Source: an uncultured Anaerolinea sp. (lineage in GTDB: Bacteria > Chloroflexota > Anaerolineae > Anaerolineales > Villigracilaceae). From it: 40,752 bases of DNA. The notes beneath the pieces were generated by a model. It saw nothing but the letters and a program-made list of their open reading frames with translations. It had not been told where the DNA came from and searched no databases. Made by a program: the position numbers and the translations under genes. This document shows positions 33,215 through 40,752 of this stretch, piece by piece; position 1 is the first letter of the stretch; each line of letters opens with the position of its first letter. Where the stretch lies: NCBI GenBank assembly GCA_964419035.1, contig CAYQOF010000001.1:1-40752 (forward strand). Direction: 5' to 3'.

Positions 33215-35173
33215 TTACTCCTTTTCTGCCTTGTGTACGTGATAGGGAACGTCCGTGACGATGACCCCGTGCCTGGATAGCAACTCCTGCCGCAAGACAT
33301 CCGCAGTCCGCATGTGAAGCGCGTTGTGCCATCGTTTGGACGGAATGAACTGGGGAACGACGACGGTAATGGTCTCATTGGGCTGGCGGGTGTCAATGAT
33401 ATCCTCCAGATAGGCGAGCAACGGTTCGATCAAGAGGCGGTAGGGCGAATCGAGGATCACCAGGCGCGTCCCCTCCCCCCAGGTCTTCCATTTCTTCCGC
33501 ACCTTTTCGGTTTCCTCATCATCAATCGAAACGTGGACAGCGGTCACATCGTCGGACAGCAGTTTTGCATAGCGCAAACCCTCAAGCGTCCCCTGATGGA
33601 TTCCGCTGACCGGCATGATCACGCGGTGGCGCGGCTGGCGGGCAGGCAAGCCGCTGAATTTTTCCAGCGAGAGGTGGGAGGCAAGGTCCTTATAGTGATG
33701 GTGGATCGTAAAGAACATCCTGATGAGCAGCGGGATGAGAATGAGCACGATCCAAGCGCCCTCACGGAACTTGGTGACGGCAAAGATCATCATGACGATG
33801 GCAGTGCAGATGGCGCCAAAACCGTTGATCATCATTTTGAACCGCCAGTTTCTGTCGGGGCGCAGAACCGACCCAAGCTCGACGATCTCCCCGCCTTCCT
33901 TCAGTTGACCGATCTTCCACCAGCGGCGCGCCATGCCGGATTGTGAAAGCGTGAAGGACAGGAACACGCCGATGGCATAGAGCGGGATCAGCATGGTCAC
34001 ACTGGCATTGAAGATGATGATCAGTAATGAGGCTATGATCGCAAGCGTGGCAATGCCGTTCGAGTAGACGAGGCGGCTGCCGCGGAAGGTCAACTGACGC
34101 GGCAGGAAGCCGTCCTTTGCAACCAGCGCGCTCAGGCGGGGAAAATCCGCGAAAGCGGTGTTTGCCGCCATGATGAGGATGACCGTTGTCGCCGTGATCA
34201 CCATCAGGTATGGAATGCCGCGCCCATCGAAAACCGTGCGCCCCAATTGGGAAATAACCGTCTCTGTTTCGGAGGGAACTGCACTGATGTGATTGGCTAG
34301 GAACGAAATACTCAGGAAGAGCGTTGCCAGGATCATTGCCATCCAGATCAATGTAATGCCGGCGTTGCGGCTGCGAGGTTCCTTGAACGCGGTAATGCCG
34401 TTCGAAATGGCTTCGATGCCGGTCAATGCGGCGGTGCCGCTCGAAAATGCATGCAGGATCAGGAAGGCTGTGATGGGTGCGAGCATGTCCGGGGTCTCGA
34501 GATGCGGCGGGTCAACGACAATCCCCAGGCTGCCAGTGAAATGACGCATGAGCCCCATCCCAACCGTGATGAACATCATCGCAACGAAAAAATAGGTCGG
34601 GATGGAAAATGCGATGCCCGATTCCTTCACCCCCCGCAGGTTGATCAACATGATGAAGAACACGGCGGCGACTGCGATCCATACGCGGTAAGGAAAGAGA
34701 TCGGGATAGGCTGAAACGATCTGCGCGGCGCCCGCCGAAATGGATACCGCAACCGTAAGAATGTAATCGGTGAGGAGCGCCGCGCCTGCGATCTGCGCGG
34801 GGGTTTCGCCCAGATTATCGCGCGCCACAATATATGCGCCGCCTCCGCCGGGATAGGCGTGGATGGTTTGTTCGTAGGAGATGGTCACGATTGCCATCAA
34901 CACGACGATGGCGATGGAGATCGGGAACATGTATCCGAATGCCATCGTGCCTGCGACCGCAAGGATGACCATGATCTCCTGCGTGGCGTATGCAGTGGAT
35001 GATAAAGCGTCGGACGCGAAGACTGCCAGCCCAATCCTCTTACCGATCGCCTGGTGTGGCGCGTCGGCAGTGGACAGCGGTCTTCCGATTAACCAATGAC
35101 TCAACGATCGCGGCGGCAGGTAATCGCTTTGGCGGTGCATGATTTCAGTTTGGTTGTTTTCAGGGGTTAACAT
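33215..35173 (-). CDS. KimA/YdaO-like APC-superfamily K+ transporter
   Basis: LIGRPL, SDALSSTAY, YPGGGGAY, LTDYILT, TGIEAISN, FPRL, C-terminal cytosolic domain (SPYR..IEP, WHNALH). Confidence 0.9.
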   Translation of the reverse strand: MLTPENNQTEIMHRQSDYLPPRSLSHWLIGRPLSTADAPHQAIGKRIGLAVFASDALSSTAYATQEIMVILAVAGTMAFGYMFPISIAIVVLMAIVTISYEQTIHAYPGGGGAYIVARDNLGETPAQIAGAALLTDYILTVAVSISAGAAQIVSAYPDLFPYRVWIAVAAVFFIMLINLRGVKESGIAFSIPTYFFVAMMFITVGMGLMRHFTGSLGIVVDPPHLETPDMLAPITAFLILHAFSSGTAALTGIEAISNGITAFKEPRSRNAGITLIWMAMILATLFLSISFLANHISAVPSETETVISQLGRTVFDGRGIPYLMVITATTVILIMAANTAFADFPRLSALVAKDGFLPRQLTFRGSRLVYSNGIATLAIIASLLIIIFNASVTMLIPLYAIGVFLSFTLSQSGMARRWWKIGQLKEGGEIVELGSVLRPDRNWRFKMMINGFGAICTAIVMMIFAVTKFREGAWIVLILIPLLIRMFFTIHHHYKDLASHLSLEKFSGLPARQPRHRVIMPVSGIHQGTLEGLRYAKLLSDDVTAVHVSIDDEETEKVRKKWKTWGEGTRLVILDSPYRLLIEPLLAYLEDIIDTRQPNETITVVVPQFIPSKRWHNALHMRTADVLRQELLSRHGVIVTDVPYHVHKAEKE

Positions 35174-35230
35174 GAATTTCTCTGGCAGTTTACAAAAAGA
35201 CACCCCCGCGCAAGGCGAGGAGCAGGGAGG

Positions 35231-35279
35231 ATTATAGTCCAAATTGTGAAAATGGGTATTCGCCTAAGAATCTGATAAG
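35231..35279 (-). promoter_or_regulatory. -10 box with upstream 11-bp-period direct repeats (candidate OmpR-family operator) for the downstream KimA-like gene
   Basis: TATAAT at 35236-35231, poor -35, CTTA-N7-CTTA at 35279-35265. Confidence 0.45.
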
Positions 35280-35313
35280 GCGGACGCGGTTGTCGTTCGC
35301 GCCGTTTTGCGTT

Positions 35314-37221
35314 CTAAATCTTCGAATCGATATGGATCGGCACTTCTATGATGACAATGTCTTTGTAATTGATCAGCATGGATCGCAGACGGGCGGCGGT
35401 TTGATTGTGCAAGGAGCGCGCAATTTTACTGGTCGGGATGAACGCCGGAATGACGACCGTGGTAAGTTTATCAGGGAATTCGACGTTGTTTACGTGTTCA
35501 ATGTGTTGGACAAATGGCGTGAGGATATCGCGATAATCGTAGTCAATGGTAATCAATTTGATTCGGCGGGTCAGTTTGGAGAAACGTTTCCAGCGCCTCA
35601 GGACGCGTTCCTTCATCTCCGGTGAAGTCGTCACGCAAATGGCACGCACATCTTTTGAAATTCGTTTCGCATACATAAGCGCCAATAAAGTGCCGCGGTG
35701 CACATCGGCAATTGGTACGACCACTACGTCCGCAACTTCTGAGAGATCTTTGCTTGTTAAACCCTCGGTGCTCAACGCGGAAGCAACTCGTTCATAATGA
35801 CTGCGAATGGAGTAGAACATGGTGACCAGAAGTGGAATAATCACCACGACGATCCACGCACCTTCAAGGAACTTCGTACTCATCAGGATTATGAATACAA
35901 TGGCGGTCATGATCGCGCCAAAGGCATTCAGAATCTGTTTCCATCTCGCGCCGCGCTCGTAGTGGATTTCTGTGACCAGGGTGTGAATGGATTGTCCGGG
36001 TTTAAGGTGGGCAATCCTGTCCATCAACCGGAACATCCCCGCTTGTGAGAGAATGAAACAAAGCATGACGCCCAGGGCGTAAAGGGGCAGCATGGCGATC
36101 TCGTCAGCGCGGAAAATAAGCACAATCAGAGAAGCGACAATGGAAAGGACGATGATGCCGGAACTGAATACCAGGCGGGTGCCCCGCTGCTGCATCCAGC
36201 GGGGCATATAACCATCGTTAGCCAGGAATGCGCTCAGGCGGGGAAAGTCCTGATATGCGGTATTGGCAGCCAGGAACAGGATCCCTGCAGTAAAGAATTG
36301 CACCCAGTAATACAGGAAGTTTCCTCCGGTGACGGCACGTGTCATTTGAGAAAGAATGCTCTCCGTCTCTTCGGGAATGAGGCTCATGTGAGTGGAAAGG
36401 TAAGTGATGCCAATGAACAGGGACATTGCCATGATGCCCATGGCAACCATGGTGGTCGCCGCGTTTCTCGATTCGGGAGGCTTGAATGCCTGAACGCCGT
36501 TGCTGATCGCCTCAATACCGGTCAATGCCGTGCATCCACCGGCGAATGCCCTCAGGATCAGCCAAATGTAGGCGAATCCCACAGCCTCTGTGGCGGCGGG
36601 AGTATGATGTTCGATAACGGGCAACGGCGCGGCGCCAAACGCCCCGGAGTAGCGGACCAGCCCTATGATGATCGTCAGCAGAACGCCGCCCACAAAGGCG
36701 TACGTTGGAAAGGCGAAGATGGTCCCGCCTTCCCGCACGCCGCGCAGGTTTATCCATGTAATGAACATAATGGCTAATATTGCGATTTCCACCCGGTAGA
36801 CGAAGGTTTCAGGGTAGGCTGACGTCACCGCGCGGACGCCTGCAGAAACGGATACGGACACTGTCAGGATGTAATCTGTCAGAAGCGCCGCGGCTGCCAG
36901 CAATGATGGAAACCTGCCCAGGTTGTCCTTTGCTACCGAATACGCGCCTCCTCCTCCAGGGTAGTGCAGGATGGTCTGAATGTAGCTGAAGATAACGATG
37001 ATGACCAGGGCGGCTACAGCCAGTCCTATGTGCCAGGTGATGTTGAGCGCGCGGCTGCCCAAAACGATCAGGATGGTCATTATGGCTTCAGTGGCATACG
37101 CGTTGCTGCTGATGGGGTCTGAAGCAAATACAGCCAATGCACGGATCTTATCCAGGCGTTCGTGGATATCCATGCTGGTGGGAAATGGTCTTCCGATCAG
37201 GATATCCTTTATAGTTGTCAA
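35314..37221 (-). CDS. KimA/YdaO-like APC-superfamily K+ transporter (second paralog)
   Basis: TTG start with GGAGG RBS; LIGRP, SDPISSNAY, YPGGGGAY, LTDYILT, TGIEAISN, FPRL, LHNQTA. Confidence 0.9.
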   Translation of the reverse strand: MTTIKDILIGRPFPTSMDIHERLDKIRALAVFASDPISSNAYATEAIMTILIVLGSRALNITWHIGLAVAALVIIVIFSYIQTILHYPGGGGAYSVAKDNLGRFPSLLAAAALLTDYILTVSVSVSAGVRAVTSAYPETFVYRVEIAILAIMFITWINLRGVREGGTIFAFPTYAFVGGVLLTIIIGLVRYSGAFGAAPLPVIEHHTPAATEAVGFAYIWLILRAFAGGCTALTGIEAISNGVQAFKPPESRNAATTMVAMGIMAMSLFIGITYLSTHMSLIPEETESILSQMTRAVTGGNFLYYWVQFFTAGILFLAANTAYQDFPRLSAFLANDGYMPRWMQQRGTRLVFSSGIIVLSIVASLIVLIFRADEIAMLPLYALGVMLCFILSQAGMFRLMDRIAHLKPGQSIHTLVTEIHYERGARWKQILNAFGAIMTAIVFIILMSTKFLEGAWIVVVIIPLLVTMFYSIRSHYERVASALSTEGLTSKDLSEVADVVVVPIADVHRGTLLALMYAKRISKDVRAICVTTSPEMKERVLRRWKRFSKLTRRIKLITIDYDYRDILTPFVQHIEHVNNVEFPDKLTTVVIPAFIPTSKIARSLHNQTAARLRSMLINYKDIVIIEVPIHIDSKI

Positions 37222-37274
37222 ACGTGCACCTCCAGGTTGATATTTGGTACCATCTATCCCAGATGATTGCGAAC

Positions 37275-37306
37275 AAAAAATGCGGTGACTACACGCGTCT
37301 CCCGCA
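37275..37306 (-). terminator. Intrinsic terminator after the large sensor kinase
   Basis: Interrupted stem TGCGG..GAC/GTC.CCGCA followed by T6 on the - strand, about 9 nt after the stop. Confidence 0.55.
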
Positions 37307-37314
37307 AGCCGATT

Positions 37315-40300
37315 CTACGACTTAATCGCGTTGGATTCTTTCGTTTGTGAAAGGGGGACCTGAAAATAAAAAATGCTTCCCCTGCCCGCTTCGCTTTCCA
37401 CCCAGATCTTTCCGCCATGCCGCTCCGCGATGGATTTGGCGATGGCAAGTCCCAGCCCGGAGCCGCGTTGCGCGAGCGCTTCACGGTTCGTGCCGCGATA
37501 GAATTTTTCGAACAGACGCGGCAAATCGCTTTCTGGAATTCCAGCGCCGGTGTCCTTCACGGCAAAAGTTAACGTGGTGGACGAGGTCAGCAAATGAATG
37601 GTCACCTCTCCGCCCTCGGGCGTATATTTGATCGCATTCTCCACAAGGTTGTGGATCGCCTGATGCAACAACTCCTGGTCCGCCTCGATGGCGTGGGGCA
37701 TATCCCTGGGAATTTCGACGCCCAGCGAAATCTTCTTTTGCTTTGCCTGCAATTGCAGGGCGCCGGTCACGCGTTCCAGAATATCCAGCACGGGGATGCT
37801 CTCCACCTGCAAGTCCACGCCGAATTCGATGCGGCCCAGATCGAGCAGGTTGTTGACGAGTCTCGACATGTTCTCCACGCCCTGCACGATCATCTTGATG
37901 TAATTCTTTTGCTGTTCGTTCAGATCGCCAGCCAATTCGAGCATGGTGGCATAACCGCGCATCAGCGTCAGCGGCGAGCGCAGGTCGTGACTTACCGTCG
38001 AAACGAAATCGGATTTCAGTGTGTCAATCTCCTTGAGTTCGGTCACATCGCGCAAAATGCACACGCGTCCGACCGTCCTGCCCTCGGCGGTCATGGCGGA
38101 GGCGGTGGCAAGATAGGTCTTTCCGTCCGGCAGTTTGATTTCAGCCGTGTCGTTTTCATTGGAGGAGGATGCCGTCAGCAATTCATATAATGCCTTGATC
38201 TGGATCGTTCTCTCAACATCCGGGCGTTCGCCCCGGCGGATCGTGACCCCGAGGATTTGACCTGCGGCGGGATTTGCCATGATCAAACGATTCGACGCGT
38301 CGGTGACCAAAACCGGGTCTGTTGTCGAGTTAAGTACCGCCTCCAGCTGACGGCGACTCGCTTCGACCGCGAGGAACAGACGGATGTTCGCGACCGCCAA
38401 GGACGATTGGCTGGCGAGCGTGCTGATGAAACGGATATCCGATTCGGTGAAGATGTGCTGTTTTTTATATGCCGCCCACAGCACGCCGTAATAACGATTC
38501 TCATGCCGCAGGGCGACCGCCATCAATGATTCGGGGTGTGGAAGGTTGGGGTCCAGGTCCAGCCCGCGGGTGCGCGAAAGAACCGCCATGACAAGCCGTT
38601 CCTGTTTTTCAGTGATGGCAAGGAGTTGCTGATCCAGATGCGCGTACGTATCCTTCTCCGGTCCGCTCGAAAAACGGAAGGGGATCTCCACCGGGCTGGG
38701 GAGCATCTCGCGCACCAGCGCGATGCGCGCCGCGCTCGCGCCGCCCTCCACGATCGCTTTGAGGACCGGCTCGAGCGCATCGTTCAGTTTTAGGCTTGAA
38801 GCAACGCCCTGACTGGCGACCAATAAACGGTTGAGTTCATTGAGCCGTCCCTGCAAACTGACGCGCATCTGCTCGAAGGCGCGGCGCAGTTCGGCAACTT
38901 CGTCCACGCCCCCGGTCTCCAGCGGACGATCCAGTTTCCCGCCGGCGATGTATTTCGCCTCCGCCGCCAGCCCCTGCAATGAGCCGGTGACGGCGCGCAG
39001 GCTCAACCGCAGCGAGAGCAACGCGATCAGACCGAGCAGTACGATCATGACCGAGATCGGTAATGCAATATCTATCGCGATCTGCTGGGTCTCGCGTGCG
39101 GGCATGGTCAGCGCGATCGCCCAAGGGTGACCCGGGATCGGTTGATAATAGACCAGTTGCCGGGTCCCGTTCGAGGCGGTTTCGGCGAAGAAAGCCGGTT
39201 GATCACGGCGTTCGCCGGGGTATTGTGTCATGATCTGCGCGGCTTGCGGATGATAGAGGACATTTCCCTGTTCATCCAATAACATGCCGGTGCCGTTCAC
39301 ATCCTGAAGGCTATTGAGGTTGTTGATGAGCGAACGCATGTAGGGATTCACCTGCAGGTCTGTCCTGCCGATCAACACGTATTGCGCGCCCGGAGTCCAC
39401 GCGAGGAAGGAAATGCGCGCCGCGCCCCCGTTCGCATCGGGCGGAATGGCGTACATCTGGTTCGGAACGCTCTGTGCAAGGAGCGCGCCCGATTCCTCCT
39501 GAGGCGTCAATCGAGAGGATGAATTCAAGGGATAATTCGCGGCGATGGAGTTCGTTCGCGGGTTGAACAGGATCAACTGATTGAAATAAGGCACGGACTG
39601 CATCCTCATGCCGAGCCACGAGGAAAGATCCTGCCCCGAGGCTTGCGCCAGTTGCGGATCGGATGCGATCTGTAACGCGAGGCTTTGTCCCGTTTCGAGG
39701 AATACAGGGACGCTCTGCGCGCCCACCTGAGCGACGCTTTCGAGCCGTTCCCGCAGCAGATTGCGCGCCGCCCTGCCGGCGATGATCCAATCGCCCGCGA
39801 GCAGGGTGACAAGCAGTATGGCTATGATCGTTCCCGTGCCGGAGACGAAACGCGCCTCGATGCTTTTCTCGGCAGGCGAAGGCTGCAAAGATTCCATGCC
39901 GCCCCATTTCACAGGGAAGGCAATCGCCAGCACCTGCGCGGCCAAGCCTGCGACCAGCATCTCCCCTCCGAACGTCAGGGTCGCCATGCCGGCGTTGCTC
40001 AATGCATAATCCAGCCGCTCGGTTGCCGTGGCAGTGACTGAGACTGAAAAGAACGCCCCAACGACAAAAAGAATCGTGTGGACGGGGACGAGGCTGAGCG
40101 ATCCGATCAACGGCTGCCGTAACAGGCGGAAGATCGGGGTGCGGTATCGCTGCCGTGCAAAGACCGCGAACATCGCGCCCATCAAACCCAGATCGAGGAT
40201 CGTGAAAAAACTGTGCGTATCCCAAACCCCGCGTACCAGCCCGCTCAACATCCCTGTTCCCGCCGCCGCGACCGGACCGAGGAAACCGCCTGCCAGAGTC

Positions 40301-40599
40301 CATGGGATGGCAGAGAAGAGCATCATCGTAGAGCCGGGCGGCTCTTCGGGAATTCCCGGTACAGGTAATGCAAACCCTGACGGGAATTTCAAACCCAGAA
40401 ACAGACCGGCAAGCGGCGTGGCAAGGATCAACGCGGCCGCCAAACCCCAGGCGCGCCCATCCATCTTCGATTGATAAGTCCGCCAATTAAAAAGCGCAAC
40501 CCCGAGCAGACCTGCCAGCCCAATCCACACCAGCCATCCCGCAGGCGAAACGGGATTCAGATAGGCAAGATCGGTCAGCAGTGTTGCCAGGAATTGCAT
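37315..40599 (-). CDS. Large membrane sensor histidine kinase (multi-TM N terminus, Cache-like, HAMP, GAF, PAS, HisKA, HATPase)
   Basis: About 8 TM segments, extracytoplasmic Cache-like region, HAMP (IAGGKLD..DEVAEL..AFEQM), PAS (N.AA), SHDLRSPL, NLVENAIKY, GSGLGL. Confidence 0.92.
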   Translation of the reverse strand: MQFLATLLTDLAYLNPVSPAGWLVWIGLAGLLGVALFNWRTYQSKMDGRAWGLAAALILATPLAGLFLGLKFPSGFALPVPGIPEEPPGSTMMLFSAIPWTLAGGFLGPVAAAGTGMLSGLVRGVWDTHSFFTILDLGLMGAMFAVFARQRYRTPIFRLLRQPLIGSLSLVPVHTILFVVGAFFSVSVTATATERLDYALSNAGMATLTFGGEMLVAGLAAQVLAIAFPVKWGGMESLQPSPAEKSIEARFVSGTGTIIAILLVTLLAGDWIIAGRAARNLLRERLESVAQVGAQSVPVFLETGQSLALQIASDPQLAQASGQDLSSWLGMRMQSVPYFNQLILFNPRTNSIAANYPLNSSSRLTPQEESGALLAQSVPNQMYAIPPDANGGAARISFLAWTPGAQYVLIGRTDLQVNPYMRSLINNLNSLQDVNGTGMLLDEQGNVLYHPQAAQIMTQYPGERRDQPAFFAETASNGTRQLVYYQPIPGHPWAIALTMPARETQQIAIDIALPISVMIVLLGLIALLSLRLSLRAVTGSLQGLAAEAKYIAGGKLDRPLETGGVDEVAELRRAFEQMRVSLQGRLNELNRLLVASQGVASSLKLNDALEPVLKAIVEGGASAARIALVREMLPSPVEIPFRFSSGPEKDTYAHLDQQLLAITEKQERLVMAVLSRTRGLDLDPNLPHPESLMAVALRHENRYYGVLWAAYKKQHIFTESDIRFISTLASQSSLAVANIRLFLAVEASRRQLEAVLNSTTDPVLVTDASNRLIMANPAAGQILGVTIRRGERPDVERTIQIKALYELLTASSSNENDTAEIKLPDGKTYLATASAMTAEGRTVGRVCILRDVTELKEIDTLKSDFVSTVSHDLRSPLTLMRGYATMLELAGDLNEQQKNYIKMIVQGVENMSRLVNNLLDLGRIEFGVDLQVESIPVLDILERVTGALQLQAKQKKISLGVEIPRDMPHAIEADQELLHQAIHNLVENAIKYTPEGGEVTIHLLTSSTTLTFAVKDTGAGIPESDLPRLFEKFYRGTNREALAQRGSGLGLAIAKSIAERHGGKIWVESEAGRGSIFYFQVPLSQTKESNAIKS

Positions 40600-40689
40600 G
40601 GAGGCATTATAGCGTTAATCCGCTGTAACGAGAGACGCCCTGGTACCATACAATATCATGATCTGACTTTGTAATTCCCGCGATGGGAT

Positions 40690-40752
40690 TCAGGAAGCCG
40701 CCTCGCCATTTTCGAGGCGGTCTGCAATGACTCGCAACGCCAATGCCTGTGC
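40690..40752 (-). CDS. 3' end of a probable HicB-family antitoxin (cut by the window edge)
   Basis: The - strand reads AQALALRVIADRLENGEAAS*, matching the QALALRV.A(D/E)RLE.GE helix of short HicB/UPF0150 proteins. Only 20 codons are visible. Confidence 0.55.
   Translation of the reverse strand, partial: AQALALRVIADRLENGEAAS

Noticed and set aside
37222..37314. c-di-AMP (ydaO) riboswitch expected upstream of KimA-like genes
   Set aside because: The interval is only 93 nt and lacks the GCTGAATCC and GGGGGA..TGGGG.GAA hallmarks. Only a terminator-like hairpin is present, and the 35174-35313 spacer also lacks them.
39311..40486. 391-aa same-strand alternate-frame ORF inside the sensor kinase
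   Set aside because: Arg/Gly-rich frame-shifted shadow with no motifs. The kinase frame is uninterrupted.

Overview
A GC-rich (roughly 60% by eye) bacterial chromosomal window. The gene set and protein styles suggest Chloroflexota/Anaerolineae, which is an inference. The left 4.5 kb is mostly on the + strand: two GT4 glycosyltransferases flanking a CaMKII-hub-like NTF2 protein, a STAS protein, gmk, a rhomboid protease and a membrane protein. From 4477 to the end every credible gene is on the - strand. In coordinate order these are: a thioester-less alpha-2-macroglobulin lipoprotein; two tandem DsbA paralogs; a signalling cluster (lysophospholipase, two V4R proteins, GNAT, TPR, dual-HTH regulator, orphan CpaF/TadA ATPase, REC-CpaE, OmpR-type regulator, GAF kinase and a histidine kinase with an MshEN c-di-GMP-type motif pair); an amidohydrolase; an AAA_14/DUF4143 ATPase; parB-parA; pfkB; the jag-yidC-(beta-propeller lipoprotein)-yidD-rnpA-rpmH cluster with no adjacent dnaA; two TrkA and two KimA-like K+ transport genes; a large sensor kinase; and the tail of a HicB-like gene. 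Main observations: (1) several families of small palindromic REP-like elements, some inserted in-frame into proteins (RnpA, alpha-2-macroglobulin, amidohydrolase) and some nested inside other repeats, including two related 24-nt inserts; (2) a possible c-di-GMP to kinase to Tad-ATPase circuit; (3) a BamB-like lipoprotein embedded between yidD and yidC; (4) four genes with a -10 box exactly 6 nt before ATG, consistent with leaderless mRNAs. No rRNA, tRNA, CRISPR array or transposase was seen.
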